A DNA stretch of 61,687 nucleotides, filler included. It is 6 parts of 6 records of this genome, joined end to end, with 100 filler letters (N's around TTAATTAATTAA, not from the genome) between each part and the next. Parts side by side here need not be neighbours in the genome. Positions count along the whole stretch, not along the records: positions 7,128 to 28,002 come from SRR31156797_14957; 5 more parts are not named here. One strand, 5' to 3'. The position numbers were made by a program, and so were the translations under genes. Of the stretch, positions 9,523-19,676 are shown piece by piece. The notes beneath the pieces are model-generated. The model was given only the letters and a program-made list of their open reading frames with translations. It had not been told where the DNA came from and made no database searches. Numbering within the stretch: the first letter of the stretch is position 1; every line of letters begins with the position of its first letter.

Positions 9523-12500
9523 TTAGATCAAATTTTTCACTACCCCCAGAAGCATTTTCAGTTCAGCGAGGCTTTCCAGTTGGAACGATTCGGTTTCGTC
9601 ATTAAAAACGCTGACCTGCTGGATTTTGAAATTCTCCTTGTCGATCACAACCATGCAGTCATCATTTTCAAAAATGAAGGCATCCCAGTTTTCGGTAAGC
9701 ATGGCCAGGTTCCCGTCTTTTTTCAGCGTTAAATCATGGTAGTTACCATTTCTTACAACAAGCAGCCCTTCGGTGTCCTTATTGAACCGTTCGTGATTGA
9801 AATGTATCCTGAGTTTGTCCTTATTGGGCGATCCGGCAGCCGGACAAAAGGTGGTGCAATTTCCACAATCGTTGCACCAGTCGTTGACCACAAGAATTTG
9901 ATGTTTTTGTTTGATCGAAAGTTTTTCCCTTTCCGAAACATAAAATTCTTCCTCATCCATGGTAATGGTGGGAATGGTAATATCGTTCAGGTCCACTTCA
10001 AATCCTATCATGGCCTTGTTCGGGCATACATCAACGCAAATGTTGCAAAGCGTGTCGCATTGCAGACATCTGGCGGCTTCTTTCAAAGCACGAACCGGTT
10101 TAAGCGTGCTTACCACAGGTTTAAAACCGGTTCGCTCTTCAGGATCAGTTTCTTCCGGTCTGTTGGGTTTTTCTACCTGTGTTTTCTTGATTTTTAACTG
10201 TTTAATGTCCACATCTTTTTCCTGCCTGAACAGCATTTCAGGTATTGCTATTCCAGCCTTATCGGAGATTTGCTTGGCTGCATCCTTGGCATCAGCAATG
10301 GCCGACATAACCGACCCCATCGGATCTGTGACCAATCCTCCGGCAAAGACGTGTTCCATTGTCGTTTCTTTGGTTTTGCCACTGAATTTCAAGCTTTTCT
10401 TATCCAGAAATTTTGTATTGGCAACCAGGCCGGAGCATGAAACAACGGCATCAAACTTAAAAACCTGTTCACTGCCCTCTACGTCCTTATATTTTGCCTT
10501 TTTCAGGCGTTTATCAACTACCTTCTCCACCTCAATGGTTTCGATACTTTCTACAGCATTTTCGGAAATATTGAATTTTTTGGGCCGGCAGTTCTCAAAG
10601 ATTTCAATCTCTTCTTCATGAAGTGCCCTGAGCGTATTCAGGTCGATTTGCAGATTCTTTTCCTGCTCAGGGGTGATTAAAGCTACATAACCATCATCAC
10701 CAACAAGCCTGATTGCTGTTCTGGCAACATCTGCAGCCAACCAGTCACTGCCAAGCACTGCAATGTTTTCGCCTGGCGAAAAGTCAGCATTCATTTTAGC
10801 CTCTTTCAGAAACTGTATGGAATCAAATACATTTTCGGCATTTTCTTCGTCACTATTCAGCTTGATGGCATCGTTGGCACCGGTGGCAACATATACGAAG
10901 TTATAAGATTTGCGGATGCGTTCAAAACGTTCCTTATCAATAGACGTATTTGCCAGGATTTTTATGCCGGCATTTTTTATGCGTTTTATATCCTTTTGTA
11001 ATGCGGCATCTGTTATTCTGAACGATGGCACAACTGTATTCACCATCCCGCCGGGATGTTCGCCGGCTTCGTAAACATCCACTGTAAAACCATATCGCGA
11101 AAGGTACCAGGCACATGATAACCCTGATATTCCGCCGCCGATTACCGCTACGTTCTTGCCATTTTCCGGTAGCGCAGGCAAACCTGTATTTTCTTCCGGT
11201 TCATATTCGGCGATAAATCGTTCTATATCTTTCATCAGAACGGGATAATCATAATTGTTACGAACGCATTTCAGCCTTGAAGGGTCATCTCCAATCATTC
11301 CAAGCACTGATGGCAAAGGATTATCGGCAAGTATGGCGTTGATCGCCTTGTTGGCGTCATTTTTATTGGTAAACCAACAGTAGCTCGAGGTGTCAATATT
11401 CAGAGGGCTAGCCTCAGTGCAGGGTGCATGAATACAGTCGTAATGGTTGAGTTGTCGTTCCGTTTTTATACTAAGACCGGATAGCTCATTGGTCTGGTAT
11501 TCAGGGTCGCTCAAAGTACGAATGGCATAATTTCTTAGGTTTTCGAGCGCAGAATCCACAACGCCATATTCATTTCCCGATTTCAGGATAAACTCACGCA
11601 GGTTTTTGGCCTGGTAATTGGCAAAGGTTTTTGAAAGTACATTAAAATACTGGTTTAGCCTTCCATAGCCTCCAGGCTTTAAAAGGTCAGTGGTGACTGT
11701 GATCGACCTGAATCCACTTTGAATGAGGTTGACAACATTTGAGCTGGAAGCGCCACCTGAAAATGAAATATCCAGATGGCCTTCGAATTTTGATTGCAAT
11801 TTGGCAGCAAGGTTAACTGCAATTGGGTGAAGCGCCCGCCCGCTCATGTATACCTCTTCGGCTTCCGATGGTATTTGTGCGGTTTTATTTTTGCAGGAAA
11901 GGCTGTTCGAAATTTTCACGGTCATTTCAAGGCCCATTTCCTTACTGATTTTTGTTACATCTTCAATGAGGGTGATGGCTTCACCATATTGAATGCTGTT
12001 TTCAAAATCTTCTTCATTTATTTCCGCTTCAAAAGTATGTTCGGCACTCAGGATTGCCATCACTGATTTATATCCAAGTAACTTTGGTGAAAATTTTATC
12101 GAAGGATGCAGTTTTTTATCTATTACCAGGAATTTACAGATGTATTCCAACTCCCTGGCTGAGCAATCTTTGTTTGTATTTATAATGAAACTTCCTGATA
12201 TACGATCGGGAATTTTTAAAGTCAAAACATCAGGATATATGCTTTTAATTGCGTTTATTTTTATTGCCTTTTCTTCGCTGCAATCAATCATTTTATCAAT
12301 AAACCACTGGATATTATCACTTCTTATATCTGATAATGTATAACCAAGGCTCATAATGAAAAGGGTTCCTATTTCTGCACATTTATACGCGTCTAACGAA
12401 AGCTTATGTTGTAATACATGAATTAATATCCAGGCATTTAAATATTGGTCATAAGCCTGTTCAATTGTTAATTCCTGTGATCTTTCGCAGTTGTATGCAC

Positions 12501-12813
12501 CATTAAAAATATCGATGGATGGTTTTGTTCTTTTGTCAATCGGATTGGGCTGAACAGTTTTTAGTTCAATAACCCTAGCGCCACAAAGCCATGCGGTAAC
12601 AATATTTTGAGCAAGCTGTGTGTGTGGACCTGATGAAATGCCTATTGGATTGTGTATTTTTTGGCCGTGTTTCTCGGTGTAGAGTGTATGATAGTGCCAG
12701 TGTTTATAATGGAGTTTTTCAGGGATATCAAAAATTTCTCCCTTTTGCTCAAAGGTACTAAGCATAAACCTGAGCAATTGCTCAACAGTAGGTGGATTCA
12801 TTATATCAGACAT
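9523..12813 (-). CDS. ygfK: YgfK-like Fe-S flavoprotein (putative selenate reductase subunit family), degenerate
   Basis: GPHTQLAQNI, ELKTVQ, YMSGRALHP and TDLLKPGGYGRL motifs; GGGISG FAD motif; C-terminal CLQC..CNICVDVCP and CNDCGNCTTFCP ferredoxin motifs. Confidence 0.85.
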   Translation of the reverse strand: MSDIMNPPTVEQLLRFMLSTFEQKGEIFDIPEKLHYKHWHYHTLYTEKHGQKIHNPIGISSGPHTQLAQNIVTAWLCGARVIELKTVQPNPIDKRTKPSIDIFNGAYNCERSQELTIEQAYDQYLNAWILIHVLQHKLSLDAYKCAEIGTLFIMSLGYTLSDIRSDNIQWFIDKMIDCSEEKAIKINAIKSIYPDVLTLKIPDRISGSFIINTNKDCSARELEYICKFLVIDKKLHPSIKFSPKLLGYKSVMAILSAEHTFEAEINEEDFENSIQYGEAITLIEDVTKISKEMGLEMTVKISNSLSCKNKTAQIPSEAEEVYMSGRALHPIAVNLAAKLQSKFEGHLDISFSGGASSSNVVNLIQSGFRSITVTTDLLKPGGYGRLNQYFNVLSKTFANYQAKNLREFILKSGNEYGVVDSALENLRNYAIRTLSDPEYQTNELSGLSIKTERQLNHYDCIHAPCTEASPLNIDTSSYCWFTNKNDANKAINAILADNPLPSVLGMIGDDPSRLKCVRNNYDYPVLMKDIERFIAEYEPEENTGLPALPENGKNVAVIGGGISGLSCAWYLSRYGFTVDVYEAGEHPGGMVNTVVPSFRITDAALQKDIKRIKNAGIKILANTSIDKERFERIRKSYNFVYVATGANDAIKLNSDEENAENVFDSIQFLKEAKMNADFSPGENIAVLGSDWLAADVARTAIRLVGDDGYVALITPEQEKNLQIDLNTLRALHEEEIEIFENCRPKKFNISENAVESIETIEVEKVVDKRLKKAKYKDVEGSEQVFKFDAVVSCSGLVANTKFLDKKSLKFSGKTKETTMEHVFAGGLVTDPMGSVMSAIADAKDAAKQISDKAGIAIPEMLFRQEKDVDIKQLKIKKTQVEKPNRPEETDPEERTGFKPVVSTLKPVRALKEAARCLQCDTLCNICVDVCPNKAMIGFEVDLNDITIPTITMDEEEFYVSEREKLSIKQKHQILVVNDWCNDCGNCTTFCPAAGSPNKDKLRIHFNHERFNKDTEGLLVVRNGNYHDLTLKKDGNLAMLTENWDAFIFENDDCMVVIDKENFKIQQVSVFNDETESFQLESLAELKMLLGVVKNLI

Positions 12814-12838
12814 TCTAAATATCTTGTGGTGGAAAACG

Positions 12839-12846
12839 CAAAAGTA
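12839..12846 (-). promoter_or_regulatory. Bacteroidota -7 promoter element for ygfK
   Basis: Minus strand TACTTTTG matches TAnnTTTG, 25 nt upstream of the start. Confidence 0.6.
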
Positions 12847-12978
12847 TAATTATTTTTCCGGAGCATTACAAAATTGCCCGAAAATGTGGCTCACTGCCCT
12901 AATTTTTAATTAATATAAATAGCTAAATAGTTAATGATATGATAAAGTTCCGGTGAATAACAGGGTAAGATAATCGTT

Positions 12979-12986
12979 TAACTTTG
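12979..12986 (+). promoter_or_regulatory. Bacteroidota -7 promoter element
   Basis: TAACTTTG(CA) upstream of the 13013 gene. Confidence 0.65.
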
Positions 12987-13012
12987 CACCGTTTTAATAA
13001 ATTATTGATGTC

Positions 13013-13897
13013 ATGAAATTTAATGGATTTGCTTTATTATTGATTGTTTTACTGATTGCAGGTTGTTCAACAACAAATAAAGTTGCTGATTTGAAAGATA
13101 ATGCTGATCAGGCATTTGCAGCTAATAATTATGCAGCAGCGCTTTCAGGATACGAACAGATTATTGAAAGCTACAAAGCTGAAGGCCGCACTGATGAATG
13201 CCCCGTGTATGGTAAGGCAGGCCTCGCAGCAATGGAAACCGGTAACATAAACAAAGCCCTCGATTACCTTCAAATGGATACCTATACACCTTTTGCTTCC
13301 GATGAAACTTATTATGGCCTGGCACAGGGCTACCGGGAAATCGACAACCTTTCAAAGGAAATCATGGCACTCAAGGATTACATGGAAAAATTCCCCAACG
13401 GAAAAAAATTCATAGCGGTAAAAACACGGCTCTTCGAAACCTATGTTGAAAGTGAAAACTGGGAATTGGCTGAAGAACTCTGGCCCGAGATACCTGATAA
13501 TGAAAAGGATGAGGCATTGATTACCAAATGGTTTTATGTGAATCGTGCCCTGGAAAATCAGGACCAGGTTGATATTATTTCCACCCGGCTATTGAAGATG
13601 AATCCCAATCATATCCAGGCCCTTGAGTGGCAGGCTGAAAAAGCGTACAACAAGGCTGAAAGCCATTACCAAAATGAGATGGAGGCCTATGAGAATAATA
13701 AAACCAACAGGCAATACAAAAAGTTGCTTGAGGAACTAAAGGTTATTACTGCTGAATTCAAGGATGCCAGGCAACGCTATGAAAAGCTTTATAGACTTGA
13801 CCCAAAGCCTGCTTACGCCCTGTATTTGAGCAACATTTTTGCCCGGTTAAACGACAAGGAGAAGTCAGAATATTATCGAAAGTTATCCGGCATTTAG
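13013..13897 (+). CDS. TPR-like lipoprotein
   Basis: Lipobox IAG-C after a hydrophobic signal; alpha-helical TPR-like pattern. Confidence 0.75.
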   Translation: MKFNGFALLLIVLLIAGCSTTNKVADLKDNADQAFAANNYAAALSGYEQIIESYKAEGRTDECPVYGKAGLAAMETGNINKALDYLQMDTYTPFASDETYYGLAQGYREIDNLSKEIMALKDYMEKFPNGKKFIAVKTRLFETYVESENWELAEELWPEIPDNEKDEALITKWFYVNRALENQDQVDIISTRLLKMNPNHIQALEWQAEKAYNKAESHYQNEMEAYENNKTNRQYKKLLEELKVITAEFKDARQRYEKLYRLDPKPAYALYLSNIFARLNDKEKSEYYRKLSGI

Positions 13898-14086
13898 TTT
13901 AGCTTCCAGGTTATTTTATTTTCTGCTTGGGAAAAGTCAATCCTCAAACCTATCTTTTTTTAGTCCGATAGAACATCTTACAGGTGTTTAAAATTGTTGA
14001 TCAGTGGTATTTATCACCGGTGATTCCTCTAAAAATATGTATTTTTATCGCATTTAATCAAATACTGAAAAACTCAATTAAACTAC

Positions 14087-16678
14087 ATGATGATGAAAAT
14101 TAAGTACTTCTTTTATTTTGTTTTGCTGGTGGCCTTTACCGCCACAATGGTAACATCCGATTTAGCTACTGACTGCGACAACACTTGTTCAAAACCCGAT
14201 CAATCAACTAACATTACTCCAAATCCGGATGACCCTCACATGTATCCGGCCGACTGGATGGCATTGCAACGCATGTATCCCCATAACGCGATGAATATCC
14301 AGGCACATCTGGGCGAAATGAAAAAAGCCGCTGATCTGCATACCGCATCAGCTAACCGTTTTGAATGGGAACCTGCCGGCCCAGAAAATATTGGTGGCAG
14401 GATCACAGATATTGAAGTTAATCCATCAAATATTAATGAAATCTATGTGGGTGCTGCCACCGGGGGAATCCTAAAAACAACTGACGGGGGAATCACCTGG
14501 GATAATATTTTCGATGACAGGCCATTGATTTCAATTGGCGACCTTGCACTTAATCCTGAAAATCCTGAAATCATTTATGCCGGCACCGGCGAGGCAAATG
14601 CTTCAAGCTTCAGTTTCATCGGCGATGGTATGCATAAATCAGTTGATGGTGGTGCAACCTGGGAACATATCGGCCTGGAAAACTCAGCATACATCGGGCG
14701 TGTAATTGTAGATTATGACAATACAGACCGTGTTTTTGTCGCAGCCTGCGGGAATTTGTTTTCCACAAATGCTGATCGTGGAATTTACCGTTCTGTTGAT
14801 GCCGGTGAATCCTGGGAGCAGGTGCTTTATCTAACGGATTCCACCGCTGCCATTGACCTTGTTCAACATCCTGAAAATCCTGATATCCTGATCGCGGCTA
14901 TGTGGGAACGTGCCCGTGGTTTGAATTATCGCAGGTCTTTTGGTAATTCCTCAGGGATCTGGAAAACAACTGACGGTGGCAACAACTGGTATGAGCTTAC
15001 TAACGGTTTGCCAACTGGCAGCAATGTCGGTCGTATTGGCGTTGATATCGCAAAGTCAAACCCGGATGTGGTTTATGCTTTTTATGACAATTCCAGTGAA
15101 GTTAGTGTGTTCCGTTCCGATGACCTGGGTGAAAGCTGGAACTCAACCAGCGATTGGACTATTCAGGGCATGAACAGCAGCTTCGGCTGGTATTTTGGCC
15201 AGGTGAGGGTTGATCCCAACGATGAAGATCGCATTTACCTGATGGGCGTGGAAATGTGGGGATCATCAAATGGAGGAAACAGCTACTTTAATATTGCTGA
15301 TTACGGAAACACCTGGGAAATTCATGTGGACCATCATGCCATGTGGATCGATGCTGTTTCGGGACGTGTTTTTGAAGGCAACGATGGTGGATTATACTAT
15401 TCGGATGATCATGGAAGCAACTGGACAAAAATCAATAACCTGCCACTCACACAGTTTTATCACATTGATGTGGATTACCTTGCCCCTGAAAGAATTTATG
15501 GCGGAACACAGGATAATAACACAGTTCGTACATTGACCGGAAATCTCGACGACTGGCAGGCAATTCTGGGTGGTGACGGCATGTACTGCCAGGTGGATTA
15601 CACCAATTCGAATATTGTTTATGCTGAATCCCAGTGGGGCAATCTGTACAGATCTTTTGATCAGGGTGATGACTTTGATTATATCGCCTGGGCATTTGAG
15701 GACGATCGCAAAAACTGGTCATCGCCATTCAAACTACACCCCGAAGAACCTTCAACCCTTTATTTTGGTACTTACAGGCTCTGGAAAGGAACGGATTATG
15801 GCAGTTCCTGGGATGCCATTAGTGGAGATTTGACCATGGGAGATGCGGGAAGTTCCTTCCATACAATAACCACATTGGATATTTCAAAATTAAATCCGGA
15901 TTACCTCCTCACAGGTGCAGACGATGGGTTGGTTTATTTTTCGCCGGATGATGGCGATACATGGAATAATATTTCTGATGGGCTGCCACAACGCTGGATC
16001 ACTAGTGTGGTTTTCGACCCGTTTGATGAAAACACAATTTATGTAACCGTTTCAGGATTTCGCTGGGATGAACAAACCCCGCATGTCTTCAAATCCACCA
16101 ACCTGGGCCAGGATTGGACAGATATCACATCAAACCTTCCCGATATTCCTGTTAATGAAATTGTTTGCGATCCTGATTATGCTGACAGGCTGATTGTTGC
16201 TACAGATGCCGGTGTTTTTATGACGGATGACGGCGGCACTAACTGGACAGGAATATCTTCAGGTATGCCTAACACGGCCTGTGTTTCCATGCACGTCCAC
16301 CCTGAGACCCGTGACCTTGTTGTGGGTTCCTACGGAAATTCCTGTTTCAGGATCAATCTCGATGATGTTTTTACAGATATTGAAAACAGTGAATTGGCCT
16401 TAAAAACTGAAAACCTGGCGATTTATCCGAACCCGGTAATATCAACAGCCACTGTTTCTTTTAACGTCAATGCATCCACAAATGTAAAAGTTGGAGTATA
16501 TGGTATGGATGGTAAACTGGTTGAATTGATTTATGCGGGTTTTGTTGAGCAAGGAAATCATGATATGGTGATCAACAGCAATTCTGGTAACCTGACCAAC
16601 TGTGGCGCCGGGATATATATTTGCAAAATACAAGCCGGCAGCAAAACGCTAACCGGCAAATTTTCTTTGATTAAATAA
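14087..16678 (+). CDS. VPS10/BNR (Asp-box) beta-propeller protein with T9SS C-terminal sorting domain
   Basis: Repeated (K/R)(S/T)xDGGxxW Asp-boxes, GPENIGGRI, GTGEAN and YGGTQDN motifs; C-terminal IYPNP...GIYICKI...GKFSLIK. Confidence 0.88.
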   Translation: MMMKIKYFFYFVLLVAFTATMVTSDLATDCDNTCSKPDQSTNITPNPDDPHMYPADWMALQRMYPHNAMNIQAHLGEMKKAADLHTASANRFEWEPAGPENIGGRITDIEVNPSNINEIYVGAATGGILKTTDGGITWDNIFDDRPLISIGDLALNPENPEIIYAGTGEANASSFSFIGDGMHKSVDGGATWEHIGLENSAYIGRVIVDYDNTDRVFVAACGNLFSTNADRGIYRSVDAGESWEQVLYLTDSTAAIDLVQHPENPDILIAAMWERARGLNYRRSFGNSSGIWKTTDGGNNWYELTNGLPTGSNVGRIGVDIAKSNPDVVYAFYDNSSEVSVFRSDDLGESWNSTSDWTIQGMNSSFGWYFGQVRVDPNDEDRIYLMGVEMWGSSNGGNSYFNIADYGNTWEIHVDHHAMWIDAVSGRVFEGNDGGLYYSDDHGSNWTKINNLPLTQFYHIDVDYLAPERIYGGTQDNNTVRTLTGNLDDWQAILGGDGMYCQVDYTNSNIVYAESQWGNLYRSFDQGDDFDYIAWAFEDDRKNWSSPFKLHPEEPSTLYFGTYRLWKGTDYGSSWDAISGDLTMGDAGSSFHTITTLDISKLNPDYLLTGADDGLVYFSPDDGDTWNNISDGLPQRWITSVVFDPFDENTIYVTVSGFRWDEQTPHVFKSTNLGQDWTDITSNLPDIPVNEIVCDPDYADRLIVATDAGVFMTDDGGTNWTGISSGMPNTACVSMHVHPETRDLVVGSYGNSCFRINLDDVFTDIENSELALKTENLAIYPNPVISTATVSFNVNASTNVKVGVYGMDGKLVELIYAGFVEQGNHDMVINSNSGNLTNCGAGIYICKIQAGSKTLTGKFSLIK

Positions 16679-16692
16679 TAAATCTTAATGCC

Positions 16693-19602
16693 ATGAAAAG
16701 AGTTATACTAACTATTTTAATTTCAATTTTCTTCTTGCCTTTGATTCAGGCCCAGACTGGTCAAAAAGGAGGGGAGTGGACCATTGTTGAAACTTTTGAA
16801 ACCCCAGGAAAAGCCTCAGGTCTTGCGTGGGATGGAACATATATTTATTTCGGGATCTATGGTGCCAATGGCGATCAGTTTTACCAGCTCGATCCTGCCA
16901 CCGGAGAATCCACGCTGCTGTTTATACATCCCGAAGTGGATGATAGTTATGGAATGACCTGGGACGGCGAATACCTCTGGACAGTCCATCAGCCTTCCGG
17001 AAGTTCAAATCCGGCGCTGGCAACACAGCTGGATCTGGATGGAAATACCATTTCAACCATCGAACTACCCGACCATTACATGTCAGGAATTGGGTATGAT
17101 GATGGCAATTTCTGGGTTTGTACTTATTATGATGACCCGGGTATGGTTTACAAAATTGACGACCAGGGCACTGTGCTAGAGTCGTTTACTCCGCCGGTTT
17201 ACGACCAGCTTTGGGATGTTTGCCGCCAGGATGATTTTATGTGGTTTGCCGACTATAATGCAGATGCTGTTTATAAAACCGACCTTTCCGGCGCCTTGCT
17301 GGAAGAGCATCCTGCTGAAAATATTAAACCTTCCGGTATAGTTTGGGATGGAGCATATCTTTGGTATGTTGATGGTCAGTTGAGCAGTCCGAGTACTTTA
17401 TATAAGATTGATCTGGGTGGTGCAGGTACCCCTGAAATACAGGTTCCGGTTACATCCTGGGATTTTGGCAATGTTGCCGTTGGCGAATCCGAAACCTGGG
17501 ATATCACTGTAAACAATATTGGCAATGCAGATCTTGAACTGCAAAACCTGATTATTCCCGGGGCTGTTCCGATATTTTCTTATGAAACTTTTCCACAAAC
17601 TGTTGAGCCAGGAGGATCTACGGATTTGGAAGTAATATTTGAACCCACCGAAGTTGGTACATTAAATACAATTATTGTGCTTCAATCCAGTGACCCGGTG
17701 AATCCGGAAATTGAACTGGAACTTGCAGGCGAGGCGGTCATCTCAGGGCCATCTATCAATGTTCAGGCAACCAGCCACGATTACAGCGAAGTAAGGGCCG
17801 GTGCATACACCCGCTGGGATATGTCTGTAGAAAATATTGGTGATGAAACCCTTTCCATCGAATCTGTAACCAGTGATAATGAGGCTTTTGTTGTGGATGA
17901 AAATATCCAGTTTCCGGTGTCCGTCTCACCGCTCGATGTTGTTCACCTGGGTATTTGGTTTCATCCGCTGGACGCTGAAACCTATGAAGGTATGCTTGAA
18001 GTAACCAGCAATGATCCGCAAAATCCCACAGTGGAAGTAACATTATCCGGTGAAGGGCATGTGCAGGATTATCTCATGGGCGACCAGATGTGGTACTTCA
18101 ATATTACAACCGGGTACGATCCCAGCCCTAAAGCCATTGGTCCGTTGAAGGATATTACCGGTGACGATGTCAACGAGGTGATCGTATGTTCAGAGGATAA
18201 CTTTGTGCGCTGTTTTAATGGCAACTCAGATGGCATGGCCGATGTATTGTGGGAACATGAAATTTATTCAGGAAATGTGTACCAGGGCGAGGCGCTGTCC
18301 TTCCTGCCAGACATCAACGATGATACTTATGATGAAGTTGTGGTGGGGACAACAGGTGGTGACAGGTCCGTTGTCTGTCTTTCGGGAAAAACCGGCGAAC
18401 AACTTTGGAAATTCCAGACCTCTACATGGGGTGATGGCGGCTGGGTTTATGAAACTGATGCCAGCAGAGATTTTACAGGTGATGAAATTCCCGATGTTCT
18501 TGCGTGTGCCGGTGGTTCTTCCACCGGTCCGGGTGCAGACAGGGTTTTTTGCCTTAACGGAACTGATGGTTCACTGGAATGGGATTACTTTTTTAACGGC
18601 CCCGGATTTTCGGTTATGGCTATCGATGATGTAAATAATGATGGAGTTCCCGAAGCTTTGGCCGGTGCTTCAAACAGCAACGAAAGCCAGGGAAAAACCG
18701 TGGTCGTGGATGGTAGTACCGGTTATGAAATCTGGACAGACCTTGCTGCAGGAACTTCGGTTTGGGCGCTTGTCCAGCTTGATGATATCAATAATGACGG
18801 TGTGCGTGATGTAGCCTCAGGAGAATTTGGTAACGGTGATTATAAAGTGTTTGATGCCACCAATGGAGACGAACTATTTGATGGTAGCATTGGCGGAGGA
18901 TTTGTGATTATCACCGACCTGATCAGGCTTGACGATGTAAATGCCGATGGTTATGCTGATTTTACCATCCAGTCGAGCTCAAGCAATTGTGTTGTGATTG
19001 ACGGCCATGAAGGTGAAAATATTTGGTATACCCCCCTCGCCGATCAGGCGCAAAAAGTGGACAGGATCGCCGATGTTAGCGGCGATGCCATAAACGATGT
19101 TGTAGTTGGAACCCTCTACCAAAATAATTATGTGTATTTCCTGGATGGAGCCACCGGCGATATCCTGGAGCAGGTAGAATACGCTGAGCCGGTTGATGGC
19201 ATGTCGGCAATTCAGGATATCAATGGTGACATTTCATGGGAAGTAGTGGCTGGCGGCCGCGAAGGAACAGTGACCTGCTATTCAGGTGGACTGAATGCTT
19301 ACACTGCTTTGCCGGATAGGACTCCAGCTCAGGAATTTATGAACATCGAGGCTTCTCCAAACCCGTTTGCTGATCATTGTATAATATCCATAAATACCAG
19401 AGAAGCACTGCAGGGAAACCTTTCTGTGATTTCAGCCGGAGGCCGGTTGGTAAAGGATTTTGGGCATGTGACAGTTGAGTATGAAACTGAGATCTCCTGG
19501 AACGGGTTGCAGGAAAATGGAGCTCAATTGAATACAGGATTCTATTTTGTGATCTTTTCCGGAGATTCTTTCTCAAAAGTGGTAAAGATCGTTAAGCAAT
19601 AA
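16693..19602 (+). CDS. secreted multidomain protein: N-terminal beta-propeller, two Ig-like (choice-of-anchor D/ASH) domains, FG-GAP-like Ca-binding propeller, T9SS/FlgD-like CTD
   Basis: Signal peptide; G(L/M/I)xWDG repeats; DFGNV..N.G...L..SSDP repeats; many D(I/V)NxDG motifs; ASPNPF...GFYFV...KVVKIVKQ. Confidence 0.8.
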   Translation: MKRVILTILISIFFLPLIQAQTGQKGGEWTIVETFETPGKASGLAWDGTYIYFGIYGANGDQFYQLDPATGESTLLFIHPEVDDSYGMTWDGEYLWTVHQPSGSSNPALATQLDLDGNTISTIELPDHYMSGIGYDDGNFWVCTYYDDPGMVYKIDDQGTVLESFTPPVYDQLWDVCRQDDFMWFADYNADAVYKTDLSGALLEEHPAENIKPSGIVWDGAYLWYVDGQLSSPSTLYKIDLGGAGTPEIQVPVTSWDFGNVAVGESETWDITVNNIGNADLELQNLIIPGAVPIFSYETFPQTVEPGGSTDLEVIFEPTEVGTLNTIIVLQSSDPVNPEIELELAGEAVISGPSINVQATSHDYSEVRAGAYTRWDMSVENIGDETLSIESVTSDNEAFVVDENIQFPVSVSPLDVVHLGIWFHPLDAETYEGMLEVTSNDPQNPTVEVTLSGEGHVQDYLMGDQMWYFNITTGYDPSPKAIGPLKDITGDDVNEVIVCSEDNFVRCFNGNSDGMADVLWEHEIYSGNVYQGEALSFLPDINDDTYDEVVVGTTGGDRSVVCLSGKTGEQLWKFQTSTWGDGGWVYETDASRDFTGDEIPDVLACAGGSSTGPGADRVFCLNGTDGSLEWDYFFNGPGFSVMAIDDVNNDGVPEALAGASNSNESQGKTVVVDGSTGYEIWTDLAAGTSVWALVQLDDINNDGVRDVASGEFGNGDYKVFDATNGDELFDGSIGGGFVIITDLIRLDDVNADGYADFTIQSSSSNCVVIDGHEGENIWYTPLADQAQKVDRIADVSGDAINDVVVGTLYQNNYVYFLDGATGDILEQVEYAEPVDGMSAIQDINGDISWEVVAGGREGTVTCYSGGLNAYTALPDRTPAQEFMNIEASPNPFADHCIISINTREALQGNLSVISAGGRLVKDFGHVTVEYETEISWNGLQENGAQLNTGFYFVIFSGDSFSKVVKIVKQ

Positions 19603-19622
19603 TTTGAAAATACTTTAGCGGG

Positions 19623-19658
19623 GCAGCAGGTGAAATAGAATTGCCTGCTGCTTTTTTT
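19623..19658 (+). terminator. intrinsic terminator after the T9SS cargo genes
   Basis: GCAGCAGG...CCTGCTGC stem followed by T7. Confidence 0.8.
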
Positions 19659-19676
19659 ATTATTAGGTAATATGAA

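Noticed and set aside
9736-12343. Several long plus-strand ORFs (153, 220, 90, 116 aa) inside ygfK
   Set aside because: Antisense shadows with Ser/Phe-rich composition. The same applies to the many nested short ORFs within other long genes.
9523-12813. Selenocysteine recoding in the selenate-reductase-annotated family gene
   Set aside because: The frame is continuous with no in-frame TGA. The family name does not demonstrate selenate reduction.
14013-14024. 12-bp palindrome ATCACCGGTGAT upstream of the VPS10 gene
   Set aside because: Single short occurrence with no adjacent regulator; cannot be distinguished from chance
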